Program-made: the position numbers and the translations under genes
NCBI GenBank assembly: GCA_048213135.1
Contig: PS015454.1
Location: 16,151 to 61,237 of the forward strand
Origin: Reclinomonas americana ATCC 50394
Lineage: Eukaryota
Direction of reading: 5' to 3'
Length of the DNA: 45,087 bases
Shown here: positions 21,929 to 35,040 of the stretch, one piece after another
Position numbering within the stretch: position 1 is the first letter of the stretch
Layout: the number at the start of each line of letters is the position of its first letter
The notes under the pieces: generated by a model
The model's database searches: none
What the model was told of the DNA's origin: nothing
What the model saw: the letters and a program-made list of their open reading frames with translations, nothing else

Positions 21929-23976
21929 TCACTCGTCGCCTTCGCTGTCAGGGCAGAGAGACACCGAGAACCACGTCTGAGGGACAAACGTGTACCGCTG
22001 GTGGTCGCTATCTGCGGCAATTGCGGTGTCGCCCCCGTGCCCTACGCGAACATCGACTGGCAATTTGTTGACCAGCAGACGGTGACCAAAGAACCCAGCA
22101 GAGTTTAGCTGCAGCTCGCGGCAGCGAACAGTTATCGGGAATATCGGCAAAGTTGCATCCGGCCACTGATCCAGGGGGAGACCCCCATTTGGTCCGTACT
22201 TGTGTGTCGTTATGTGCAAATCTGACGGCCGAAGAGTCAACTTCACCTCAAGGGTAAATCCCACGTCTCTGATGAGATCACTGAGCTCAGCGGCAACGTC
22301 GCGAATCAAGTCGCGTAAGCTGGATAGAGCCTCCTTGGCGACCTCTTCGACCTGGCAAGAGATAACAAGAAACGGCACACGGTCGCGATCGCCTCGACGT
22401 TCTCCACCGCCAAAACACTTGCGCTCGTGACATGTCACCACAAGCTCGGGCATCTCGACAACAAGTTCCCGGGCACGCAGAATCATGCGGTCATGCACTG
22501 CGACACTAACCGTCAGCGACGCTTCTAAGCGAAGGGAGGCAACAAACTGTGCATGCATGCACCTTCTCGACGCAAGCGGAATCGCCAAAGCGGTTCACTT
22601 TCAGTATCCAACTCGAAAAGCTGTAAGACTGCTCGGCCATGGTCGGCTGGAGTGGTAGACGTCGTGGGTGCGCAAAGTTTAAACTTGGCCGCGGTCATGT
22701 GTAGAAACCCTCGCACAACCTCACGAGGTTCCCCGAGCTGCAGTGGGATAGATAACATGCACGACTTAGCAATTCATGTGTTGAACGACGGCATCCAACA
22801 ACCCGAAACGGAACACGCCTCTTCCCAAAATGTGTCACAGTGATGCACCGGAAGCTGGAACGTCAATGCACTGAGGGTTTTCGGCTGCGGAAAGAACAAC
22901 AGGAAACTGTGAGTATAGCTGGCATGTTCTGTACAAATGATTTGATGCAACTTACCCCAATCACCGCATGCAGTGTGACAGTGGGAGAGAACTCCCAAGC
23001 ATCAAGAGTCGACGCATTATCCCACAAAAACACATTTTGCTCAGCACAATATAGAGTCACACGGTCGCAGAAGCTGTTGGCATCCATCTTCTCAGGCCAC
23101 TCTCGAATGCAAGCGTCGAGTGCCTCACATGTTGGCGCGGAGGCATGCAGCAGCAGAACCAGGTCGCCAACGGTTTTGCTCAGTGAAATGCGGTGCTTTG
23201 TTAAAACAACCACATTCGCATATTGCACATCGACAATCAACAAGCCACTGGGATCTGTTACCACATCGCCAGAGTCCAGATCCTGGTGTGCATCACCACC
23301 TACAAATATGCGAGCTGTTTTAGTCATGATTAACTATTGCGCTGCAATCACGGCAACACATTGCTGCTGATGCGCATGCGACTCACCACCAGTGCCGAAC
23401 TGTGCGATTGAATAATCCTCCGGAAGCGACGATGATCCGGAAGCAGCAGCATATAGTCGCGTACCATTGAGTGGGAGGGATGACGGCCCCGTAGCTGCCG
23501 GTTCGCAGGTGAGCGATCGTGCAATGTCCATTTCTTCAACGTTGTTGTGTGTAGCAACCACGTAACGAAGAGAATGTCCGTGAAGTCCACTGCTCTCCGT
23601 TTCCTCCTCCGAACTGAGTCTCAAATCACGGCCGATAGCGTGAGCATCTGGCGAGTACGTACTTGGTTGGTGCACGCATATCACGTGACACAACGCGGAG
23701 CTGCACCCGCCATCAATGCAGTCGCGTCTCATTAACGCACCTGCTAGGCCACTTGCACCATGATGCCTTTGATGACCACGATGAGACTGATTGGACTGCG
23801 CAGCCCTGCTTTTTTTCCTGTCGGCGCCGCGACTTGAACGCGACTTCGTCTTCCACTGTGTATCAGGCTCGTCGTCATCACTACCATGGAACCATGCTGA
23901 GGCACTGAGCACGGTGGTCGTCGTGCCCCCTGTGCAGAGTTTGTACAGCATGACCATGAAGAGAAAAACGCTCCGC

Positions 23977-24030
<54 letters not shown>

Positions 24031-24170
24031 CACACATGTACACACACACACACAGACATAGCATGCACACAGCGCTGTACATGTAATCTTAATGACGTAC
24101 TTGACGGGCCCCCAGTGTTACTTCCAGCAGCAGCCGAAGGTGAAGATCCTGAGCCGTGCTGATCGTCCAT
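21929..24170 (-). CDS. Protein with probable C-terminal 2H phosphoesterase domain and uncharacterised N-terminal part; multi-exon
   Basis: ATG 24170 (MDDQHGSG). Two HxT motifs, GFLHMTAAK (~22700) and SDLHITTHK (~22215), lie roughly 130-150 aa apart. The gene is clear; the family call rests on these motifs only. Confidence 0.5.
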
Positions 24171-24361
24171 AAGGTAGTCAATACAAGTTACCAATAGACT
24201 ATATTGTATTTGTCGTCCGGTCATCGTCCCCCACCCACGTCCCCCACAGCGTCCCCCTTCGGCGTGATCACGGCGAACTGCGTCCCCCACCCGACTCTGC
24301 CTTTTCTTTCAGTCGCTGTAGTGTGACCACAATTCGTGAAAAGAAGTCGATCGCTGCGACG

Positions 24362-27300
24362 ATGTCGGAACAGCAGCACCGTGGCCCCAACTCTGGCCGT
24401 GGTGGCCATGATGGTGGCCGTTGGTCCGGATCCGGATCCAACCGGGGCCAGCAAAGCCAAGGACCACGAGGAAGAGGAAACGGTAACACGTGTCTACGTA
24501 CATCGTTCTCGGTGTGCCTCATCGCTAGCTCGAGCTCACACATACGTGCACAATGCTGTGACATGCAAGGATCTCGGCCACGGCACGCTACCACTGGCTC
24601 AACAGCAATGCCAAGCGACGGTCAAGGTGCGTTGCAGCACGCTCGCAGCGCGTGCGCCGACTGGCAACGCAGCTCTGCGCTCGCGATCGAGCGTGGCACT
24701 ACCCCACAACGGCCGGTATATAAGTGTTTTTTCTTCTGTTTTCGCAGGTAGCGCTGCTGGATCCGGATACTCACGACGAGCGACGAACCCCTCCGCTTCA
24801 CCGCGCAGCAGCAATTCAAGTGGCCATGGTGGTGCTCGTGAATCTCAAGCCGATATGCGCATACATGCACTGCTGCTGGTTTGTTGACGCTAGCTGTAGT
24901 GCTGCTTGAGTTCCATTGCCGTCGAGGCTTCGTGCACGTGGTGATTGTGATGTATGTGTCGTTTCTTAACATTGCAGCCTTCCCCATCTTCGTCCACTGC
25001 ATCACACTCCAGCAGGGCAGACGCAGCAGAAGCTGCGGAGTCGATCCCGAGCCCAATGTTTGGTGGTCGGAGAAGAACAACTGAGGAGCTCGAGGCGGAA
25101 TTCGAGACGGACTCGGCAACTCCACCAGAAGCAGCACTTGTCGCAATTATGGGTTGCGCAGGTGACGAGGCGCAGGACATCGTGCTGGTATGTCGCTGAT
25201 GTTTCATGTAGCAGTTGCACCTCGTGCCCTATATAACAGTTGGGGTTGTGTGCCTCCAGTGTGTCGGCACCGGTGCAGTGCCAGGGTCAATTGTAGCTGT
25301 GAGGCGCTTCATCCGCCAACTCACGCGTCGACTGCCCCTGAGAGACCACGAAGGCAACACAACGTTGGGGATTGTGTTTTTCAGCTGCCAGTCCTGTGCC
25401 ACAGTCGCACCACTCACTGGCTGCCGGGCTGACTTGTACCGCGCTGCTGAGGGTAACCATATTTCTACCTGCCCTGTTTCTCGAGTTTGACTTATCTTTG
25501 TACATATGCATGCATGATGTACAGGGATACAGGAAGTATCTGTGACTGCAGCCGTTGATGCATCACAACAACCTGTGCCGTTGATCAGAGCGCTCGGGAG
25601 TGCTATCGATGTTGCGTCATTATACTGTATCATTTACGCAGCGTGCCTCCTGGCCATGGGCGAGGTGCACTTGTTGTTTGTAATCATCATTTTTCTTCAG
25701 CTTTTGCGAGACCACGGGCGATCGAATGCACGTCCGTCTATTCTTCTTGTCACTGATACTGGAGTGGATACAACGGTCGAAATGCCGGCTGGTGCATACA
25801 GCGTACTCGACTCGGTTTGTGATATCACTGTAAATTTGTTTTCTTGCAGCTCACGAACATTCTTGTGTCACTGTTCACGACAGCTTCCAGTCGTGCCAAT
25901 GTGCGTCGGACTGAGTGGCCGCGAGTTAGAAGACACTGCGAGGGTACTGCGCGACTTGTGTTCCACAACAGATGGGATTAATGTCGGTGCTTTTGACACA
26001 TTCGATGAATTGTTCGGTTTGTGCAAGTCAAGAATTCTTAAGAAGCACCAAGTGGCCTGAGATCTGCGCTAACGCTCTCTTGTTTACCATTCATACCAGA
26101 TGCCACATGCAACGCACCGCCGCCGGCACCAACGGTTGAAGTCACCAAAAGAACATCGACTTCGATTTGCTTCCGCTTCACGATGCCCTTGTCTTCGGTG
26201 CAACCTCTGAGATACCATGTTCAACGTCTACAAGAGCATGTGTGGAGGGACTCTTTCTCTGTTGACGAACCACATTGGACTGCCAGTTCTGCAGCGCCTT
26301 TCGAGGAGATCTCCATCCGCGTTCGAGGTATATTCCGTAGTGTTTCCGGAACACATCTTGTCCGGACTGCATGGTCCAGAGTGTGCACAGCGCGCACGCT
26401 AAAAGGTTTGTATTTGTTCACCAATAGTCGTGTGGTATGATGTCATAATTTACAAAAAAATTCTCGCAGTCAGCGGACTTCCTGATATTCCACGCGACGC
26501 AGCGGTTGCCTTGAACGAAACATTGTCATCGATGACGTGCCTGCGGATCCTTCTCGTTGGTGCAGTGGTGAGTTTTATTGGCAAATTATTAATTCGAAGC
26601 GCTGCGGGGACAGTGATTCGAATGAGAGATCACTCATTTGCGATGATGCTCACTGCGTTGTTGTTGCCGCAGGGCGCCGGAAAATCGGCTTTAGTCAATA
26701 CTATTGCCACTGCGATGAACCGTAATAGCGGTGGATATCGTGAGTTGTCGCGTGCAGGAATTCGTGGCTCAGACGGGTTGGCCATGACTCGCACGCCGAT
26801 CGAGTGCATTGTTTCCGAGACGCCAATCGTTGTGATTGACACCCCAGGCTGGAATGTGTCGTCCGCAGCTGGTGACGCTCGCAGTGTTTCTGGAGCGTTC
26901 GAGTCCACGGCATTTGAATCTGCTGAGCAGTTTGAGCCTGTCCATGCTGTGTGCATTGTGTGCGATTATCGCACAGTGGCATCACCTGAGCATTTGCGAG
27001 CGATTTCTTCTGCATATCGCTTCTGGAGGGAGAAAGGTGCGACATATTTCATTCGCTTTCTTCTTGGGTGCTGCAGTTGCATGTAGTAGTTTCGCTTTGG
27101 AAATGCTGTTGCTCACTTGCCTCTGGTCTCATTGCTTCCGTAGATCGCCCAGTTTTTTGCGTGTTAACGAAGTTTGACCTCGAGGGCAACAGTGAACAAA
27201 CTATTCTCGACTGTATCGCAACGGTGTACGAGACCGGTACTATTGAAAAGGTTTGCCGTACGTGGCTCTATAGAACATTGACAGACATGTGACACTCGCT

Positions 27301-28237
27301 GTCATCAAGGGTTGGATTTTGCCGGTGATAAACTATACCGGCCCGCTCGACGCTGAGTGTGCTAGTTGCGTGGTTTTCTTCCGTCTGAGTTGCATCTGTC
27401 TACATTCGCTGCGAGTTCTCACTGCGTTCAACTTGCACTGACTTCTGATTTACACGTGTCCTCATGTACAGAGCGCACTCGGCATCAAGGAGCTCTTAGA
27501 CTCGTGCATAGCGTTGCCGCGAGAGTTACTACAGACGACGGTGGTGGAGAAGGTTGGCGACTGTATGTTTTTGTCCTAGAGAATTCGAATTGTATGTTTA
27601 CGACAATCTTCGTTTTGCAGGAAGCAGCAGCATCGGTCACATCAGTCAACCGCTAACCACACTCTCTGCGGCATATGACGGCAGGTCGCAAGGCGATGCA
27701 GTTGCCACCAGCCGCGGTGGGCACTCGAAGAAGGGGAACGGTTGGTGAACGCGCAATTGCATTTTGTGGTGCACACTTTCAACCTGCTCCTCTCACTGTA
27801 CACGGGATGCATAAGCTTCGTCGAAATCCAAGCGGCGGCACACAACTCAACCGATCGGAACCGCTGCAGCTTACAGCGGAGATGGTGCCGTGGAGGCAGC
27901 CCCTGCGACCGCAGTATCTGCTCTCCGACAACCACCCGGTCTGGGTGTGGGTGATGCATCCTTCGTTTCCTCAACACATGCGCATGGTGGAGAGACTGTC
28001 TGTGCTACAGTTGGTGTACACGACGAAAATCAACCCAACGCTCGGAGTGGAGGCGAGTCAGTCGACCACTGCGGCGCCGGCGATGAGGCATCAGCCACCT
28101 ATCCCGACAGTGGTGAAGCTGACGACGTCACTGCGGCTCGTGATGAAGTCTACGAGACTGTGTCTGCTGTCCCCAGTGGCTCTCTGCACACTGTATTGTG
28201 TGGGAACGAAGCTGAATCTCCAGTGCTCGGTGACTGA
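24362..28237 (+). CDS. Multidomain P-loop GTPase: low-complexity N-terminus, vWA-like region, FN3 domain, IFI44-like GTPase domain
   Basis: G1 RILLVGAV|GAGKSALVNT (split by intron ~26569-26672), G2 AMTRT, G3 VIDTPG, G4 VLTKFD. FN3-like PPPAPTVEVTKRTSTSICFRFTMP..YHVQ..ISIRVRG. vWA-like SILLVTDTG..VPMCVGL..LRDLCSTTDG. The 3' end frame is tentative. Confidence 0.7.
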
Positions 28238-28528
28238 GTCATTTTACAACAGTCGCCGTGGACGCATGCTCAGAGTCGATTATGAATTGTCGAGAGCGAA
28301 TGAAGTGTTTTTTCTGATTTCCCTCCCGTGGCCAGCAATTGTCATCTACTTGCACAACAATAAGCACAGCCGAAGAAGACTTTCATTCTTTTGATCACAA
28401 GAGTACAACAAAAAAGAAATAACTTTCCCTCACTCAATTATCAAGACTCAAACGACAATTGCAACAACGAGCATAAATATTCAACGTAGCAAGACGGCAC
28501 GCTCACCCTTTTTAAGCTATTACTTCCA

Positions 28529-29926
28529 CTACTGCAGCGCAGCATGTTGCTGTGCATTCACCGCCACACGGCGGCGCAGGGTTTCTGAATACCGCCACTC
28601 GGACTCAGGAATGTCACATGCACTTGCGATCGTATTCGAATGTGTCTCACTGGCAGCTCCCGCTGCTGCACTAGCAGTAGTGGAACTCAACTGTGCGTCA
28701 TCAGCGTACACAGAAGACACCAACAACGACCCGCTGCGTTGACCTGTGTCACATGCACCACGAGTGGCGACATCTAGTCCATCGAATTCGGTGCCAGCGG
28801 CTGCTGTCGCCGTAGTCACACTATGCCCGTCGTCAGTTGCGGAGACTGTTCCTGCGCTATCCGCCGATGCCGCTGCCGCAGAAACACGATGCCAGTCGTC
28901 AGTCGCGGAGTCTGTTCCTGCGCTGTCGCTGACTTCGCAGAACTGCTGAAGCCACGCATCGCCAGCAGAGGTGCGGTCTGTTGCGCCCGCTCCAGCAGTT
29001 GCAAGCGGCGGCGAATATCGAATGCGAGTCCGACGCAGCGAAACTGTTGCTATGCGCTCTGGACGCAGTCGGCCGTTGGCTATGTTCTCGATAACGCCGC
29101 ATACTTGACTCGCAAGGCGCACAAGGCCAGGTTGCTCTAACAGTCGGCGTGGGTCGCCCATGTCGACTGCCTCGACGGCAAGTCCGAAGCACTCTTGCGA
29201 GGACGCAGCTGCGTGCAATACGTGCCAGTTGGCCTCGTACGCGCGAGTGATGCTGAAAATGTCGTCGTCATTCTGGAACTTGATGACCAGGTGAAACAAG
29301 TCGTCCATGAACAGAGTCCGAGATAACGATTCTGGAGACAGGCGGAACACTCCCGAGCTCTCCTCCCTGCATTCCCGACATGCGGTCTCTGCGGGCGTCT
29401 CTCCAATTTCCTGCTTACCGCGGAGTGGATCCAGCTTCATGTCGCCTTTGAATGCACTGTAGCTTGCCTGCAACACCATGCTCCACTGGCCCGATGCAAC
29501 CGGCCATTCAGTCCACAAAATGACACCATACGACTTTCGATCGTCGTCACCGCGAGAATCCCGCTTCTTCCACGGTGCTCGCGAGTGATGCTGCTGGTGG
29601 TGCACATGTGTCGAAGGAGGCTGATGATGACCGTCGCCGTGATCACTGACAATACCCATCTCTATCATGACACATTCACCGCTTCGTGAGGGAAGGCGCT
29701 TGCACACGGGGTGCGAGAACAAACGGAATGCATCTACACACGCACCACGGGCAATACTCTGCACGACGACTGCTCCAAGGAGAGTCTCATCGAACTCAAC
29801 CGCAACCTTGCCACCACGAATTGCACACACGCACTTCTTGTCAGATGAACGGCTTCTCAACGCATTCTCCAGTTGCTTCACGTCATCGCGAGTGGCGCCT
29901 TCCCGCAGAGGTAAATCAACGCGCAT
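28529..29926 (-). CDS. Nudix hydrolase domain protein, apparently single large exon
   Basis: Uninterrupted ORF with SYGVIL and a Nudix box GKQEIGETPAETACRECREESSGVF. The C-terminus has a 21-aa internal duplication (DSAGTDSATDDWH / DSAGTVSATDDGH). The start is uncertain; first in-frame ATG is at 29926. Confidence 0.8.
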   Translation of the reverse strand: MRVDLPLREGATRDDVKQLENALRSRSSDKKCVCAIRGGKVAVEFDETLLGAVVVQSIARGACVDAFRLFSHPVCKRLPSRSGECVMIEMGIVSDHGDGHHQPPSTHVHHQQHHSRAPWKKRDSRGDDDRKSYGVILWTEWPVASGQWSMVLQASYSAFKGDMKLDPLRGKQEIGETPAETACRECREESSGVFRLSPESLSRTLFMDDLFHLVIKFQNDDDIFSITRAYEANWHVLHAAASSQECFGLAVEAVDMGDPRRLLEQPGLVRLASQVCGVIENIANGRLRPERIATVSLRRTRIRYSPPLATAGAGATDRTSAGDAWLQQFCEVSDSAGTDSATDDWHRVSAAAASADSAGTVSATDDGHSVTTATAAAGTEFDGLDVATRGACDTGQRSGSLLVSSVYADDAQLSSTTASAAAGAASETHSNTIASACDIPESEWRYSETLRRRVAVNAQQHAALQ

Positions 29927-30172
29927 GTGTGTGAGAGACACGAATAACAAGCCGAGTGATGTATCGGACAATATACTACGTCGCGTCCCCCATGGTCACG
30001 TATGTCCGCTGATGCCAAAACACTTTATCACAACGCCGTCGGGGGTGTAACGAGCATCAGGTTCATCTGCTTGGATAGATTCATTTCGCAACACGATTAG
30101 TACCTTGGGTACTCAAATTCTCTCTCTCCCTCACACACTCACACACACACGCTGATACGCCGTTCCGCTGAA

Positions 30173-33100
30173 TCAAGTGCGAACAGGCCAGTGGAGGGCA
30201 CTGACAGCATCCATAGTCGACACGCGGTCACTTCCAGATGCGGTGCCCGATCCAGAGTCAGTCGCACTGGCACCTGTAATTCGCAGTCAACTTTGCAACA
30301 CAAACAAACAAGTGACGGAGGAGGGGCCCCAAACCGTCAGCATCAACACGGGCAACGGCGGTCCAAGCACGATATTCGCGACGAAGGAAATGCTCGTTGG
30401 TCATCGTGAGCAGCTGTGTGAATGCGCGATGTTCGAGGATGCGCTCCATCGGAAACACCTTACAGAACAGAGACATTAGCATGAAACTCAACAACCATGC
30501 ACAACGGATTGCACACCTCAGAAATGTCGCGTTCGCTCTCAAGAGCGACCAATTTCACGTACAGCTGCTCAAACACCTGCCCGAGTTCCACTTGCTGCAA
30601 GTAACAGGAGGCGAAAAATAAAGCAAAGAAAGAGACACGCAGAGGCATCCACAATGCACTCACCGGGGCTTTGAATCCAGAGAAAACAACAAACCGCTCA
30701 CACGGCAGTGGACATCCAATGAATGGTCGGCAGAACAGTGTGAACTGGAACACCTGATGAAGAAGGCACAACACACCCGCGGAGAACCGAGAGAGCGTGT
30801 CACTGAGGAGACGTGTGAGCACAGTAGCGCAAGCAGCGCAAAACAACAAAAACACAAGTGGCGAACCCAAGTCGACAAACGAATACGCCGCCGCGTCGTA
30901 GGAGTCGGACAGCAGCGACGGCAAGAATAAGCAACATTGGCTTCGACGCAATCTCGTTGTCAGTGGTCAACAAATCCGTGTCGGACACAACCGATCCAAA
31001 CACAATGCCGACACCAGCGGAGTCCGTTTCGGCAAACACGCGTTCAACGAGTTGCCTCACTGCAGTAGCGTTGCTAGGCTCACTGCAAGAGAGCACAGTT
31101 AACGCGCACGCTGCGTGCCGTGCATACCAGATACACATGCGTACCGTCCAGGTCGAACGCAGTGGCCCTCCCCGATCACGTTTACGCGACTTCCAGCCTC
31201 GAGCGCAGATTGAGCAGCCGGGCCAAACAAAGATGTGTCCAATATTCCATCGTCATCGGCATGCAGAAGCGTCCAACCGGTACAACGGCGACCCACAGCT
31301 TGCAGCTTGCAAAGCATGAATTCCTCCGCAGCGCCCTCGCCTCCTGCGTGTGTGTGTGCGTAGTTCAGAAACCACTCCACAACCGAACGACAACATGCCA
31401 ACACGGGGAGTACACAGGCTTTCTAGCACTCGCGGACACGTGCAACATTCCTCACATGCACAAACTCATTAATCTGACCTCCCTCGCTTGTGACTGCATA
31501 CGTCGCACCATACAGCAGACCCCAATGGGCATCTTCACCAGTTGCATGCATCACAGCCTCTAACCTCTGATCCTTAAAATTGGTCACCCTGCTCTGCGTG
31601 TGCCTACATCCTTGCAACACACTCACGCAAGCAGCTGCTCACGTACCGAAACCGACGTTGACAAATGTTACAACACCATCGCTGCCAAACGGTGAAGCGT
31701 CCACGAAATTTGACATGGAATCCACACTTGCAAGGCGAAGAGAGAGACGGCTGCTTTCGAATTTGGGGCCCGACCAACCTACCAGGAAGAGTAAATGATA
31801 CTGCACGAAGAAACACGACTTCAAATACGTCGTTCACCCTCGTCGGCATGGTGTGGGTATGCCACAGCGTATCGCGACTCAATCTGTCTCACCGACGCTG
31901 CCACAGTGACGCGATTAGTACGAATTTGTTGGGCACACACAGATCGACATAATTAACAACAGATCGTACCGAAGCGCTGAGCAGTTGCTCGACGAACGAA
32001 AAACGTCTCCCGAACCAGTTCGTCGTGCGCAAACCGCGAGAGCTGCGTCTGCTCGACTCGTTTGCCAACACGAACCCATGAATCTGCTTCAGCAAGTGCC
32101 GGCATCTCCATGTCTAGCGGTCGACTCAGCATGTCCGTAACACGCAGGTGCAATGCTGACGGCTTGCCGTCGTCCTCGTCGGGGCGTTGTTCGCTGTCAC
32201 ACAGACAAGTGAACACAACGAGATGCTCGGCAGCGCACTTGCGACAAAGCAAGCTGTAGAGACACGCAACAGAGCGCGCATTTGGTGCTCCGGACGCACA
32301 GTAGATTCGAGAATGGGAACATCACTACCGAGGCCAGCATTGGACGGTCGCATGGAGACACGGATTGGCTCTGCCATGCCTTGCTCACGCGCACCGAGAC
32401 CCTGGTCATCAGGTCACATAACATAAAAGGCAGCGTGACTTTTGTGGCGGAGAAGGACACAATCACCTTTCCTTCTTGATAACCCATCTTAGCCATCTGC
32501 TCCTGAGCAAACGATGAATACGCAGTCTTGGCGCGCTTAGCTTCAGGTTCTCCGTCTTCCGACATTCCGGGAACGACAGCACCTGCCGCCGCAGCTGCCT
32601 CCACTGCGCTCCACATGCGTGAGAGTACACGTCAAGCAACAAAAAACACATCCGACAAACCGTCGCCACTCCACATTGCTTCATCACGCTGTCGGCGGCG
32701 TTGACGATCTACAAGACTGCGAGGACAACATGCGTTCGAGCATTGTCGGCGCTGCATACAGAAGCAGTGCATGCATAGTGGTAACTCACGTGCCACCTCG
32801 GTCGTCTCGGCGTCCTGGCTGGGTCATTGCGCTGCGGCCGGTGTCGTTGAAGCGACCATCTAGCGAACGGTCTCCAGTGATAAACAGTTCCAGCGGAATC
32901 GGCCGAACATCAAACCGACGCAGAAATTCCTGTTATGAAACACAGTAAGAAACCACTCACACACACGTGCGTACTACACAAACAAGCTATTCAATCCAAT
33001 TCGTACCTGCGCGACAGCATCATGCTTCTGATGCTCTAGCGCCCGATCACGGTTCGACATTCGCTGGAACAGGCGCAAGTTGCGTTCAATGACACAGCGT

Positions 33101-35040
33101 TGCAAGTCTGCGGTCGAGCACCGTGAGAGATTGGTCGTGTAGTGCGCGACGTAAAAAGTGTACTCACCCGAAAACATCCCCGCACAACGACGGAACTCCT
33201 CCATGAACGGTTCGGGAATGTCTGCTCGGTCAACAAGAGTCTTTCCCGCAGGGTACTCGACGTCAACGTGCTACAAATCGCGAACAATCAGAACAGTGCA
33301 ACACACAGACGACAAATGAGATTCGACGCACTGCAAGAAGTGCTCGAAGGTGAGCATCACTAATACCACGGAATCCTTTGCAGACCACATACGTCTCCGA
33401 GTTGCCGGATTTCGACGTTGCGGGCTTGCAGACGATAACCCGATCAAAGACGCAGTACAGAAGGAACACCATGCCGACTGACGAATGCTCGAAGAACGTA
33501 AACGTCTTGACGAGCATGGAGCCACCTGCAAATCAGCAGCAATATAACCTCAATAAAATTTCTCGCACATCACGACAGCGACACAAAACCACTTGAGCCA
33601 TGGAAAAACAAAGATTGCACAAGCGCAAAAGGAGCAGCGTATGGCACTAGCAAATAGAACACACCTCGCGCAAGGACACCCAAAGTGGCAATTACTTCCA
33701 CAGTGTGCAGCTGTGCCACAGTCGCCTCCTGCTCATTCGGATTGTCTTGGCTGTCTACCGACCCGTCGCCGGTAACGAGCATCACGTTTTCCATGCCTAT
33801 GGCTCGACAATGCGTCCAGAGTCCCTCCACATTATCTGTAAAGACCTCACAGTCAAGCGGTCACGTAAATACAGCAAAACCAACAATGCTACTGACCTCG
33901 AACCATGATGTTGCCAGACTCGTCTGCCCCAAAGTACCAGCAATTGCTGTGCGTTGACATCAAAGCGTCAAGAACACGTGAGCGAATGAAGGTCACGTTA
34001 CACCCCCCTCTCATCTCGGCAGAAAACATACCGTGTCTGCACGATGAACTTGTCGTCGGCCACCATGGCCTTCAAGTCGTTGCCCTCGTAGTAGGGGTTC
34101 AAAGTGAGCCCGCGCCATTTCCAACGCAAATTCATAGTCCGCGCGTGACACTTGAGATGGTGATTGAGGGCGCAAATGAAGCCACCAGGAGCCTCACACA
34201 AGTGAACCGTTTGAAATTCCACCGGCACTCCATCGGCAACTTGATTCAAAGGTGTCAGTGAGTATGCATCCGTCATCTCAAACATCTTGGCCCACGCAAT
34301 CGTCATCAGCTCGCCGCCAATGACACGCCGCAAGTTCTGCACAGTCGTACTTGTTGTGCTTGTGAACTGCGTGTGCTTTCCCCACAGGCCAATCTCCATG
34401 GCGTCGAGCTTGTCTTTCGTCGCATTCAACTCCGCTTTCTTCTCGTCCAGGTACGCGTCACGGAACGCATCGCCCACGTACAAGCGCTCTGCAGCAGGGA
34501 TCTGTGCTCTATTACAGAGCATTTCAAGTGAGCGCGGGTGTGTGTGTGTGTGCGTGTGTGTGTGTGGGGTTGGGGGGGGGGGGGGTGACCGCACTTACCC
34601 AAGGCCAGGCGACAACACCCATTCCTTCTCGATCTTCTCACCCATACGGCCGTAGTGGCGCAACACTGCGACCTCATCGTCAGTGAGCATCGACACTGGC
34701 CCATGCGACTGCTGAGGCGGACCGCCATGATACTGGCGTCCGTGGTGTTGTTGTTGACGCTGTTGTGGATGACCGCGCCACTGGTGTTGCTGGTGTTGCT
34801 GGTGCTGCGGGTACTGCTGATGGGCCTGGTATTGCTGAGGATGCCTGTGTGATCCTCCGTGGTAACCAGGACCCGCAGATCCAGAAGCACCACCCTGCAC
34901 AAACAGAGAAGGTGCGGGTGTGGGTCGTACCGAAAAGAACACTGACAAACCTCAAGCAAATGACTCACGCGGCTGCCTGCGGCAGAGGAAGAACCGAGTG
35001 GACGGTCGAGCAACGGGTGCGACCGTGAGGGACGATCCTG
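30173..35040 (-). CDS. CMTR2: Cap-specific mRNA (nucleoside-2'-O)-methyltransferase 2 (FtsJ/RrmJ fold) with internal G-patch and C-terminal degenerate second MTase domain
   Basis: TIAWAKMFEM, VHLCEAPGGFICALNHHL, TLNPYYEGND, WYFGADESGNI, VTGDGSVDSQDNPNEQE, LVKTFTFFE and KPATSKSGNSETYVVC give an intact K-D-K-E tetrad and CMTR2-type motifs. The second domain reads LRRGGVFVCRL..DTLSRFSAGVLCLL..ERFVVFSGF. The 5' start is not resolved (about 35040-35240). Confidence 0.9.
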
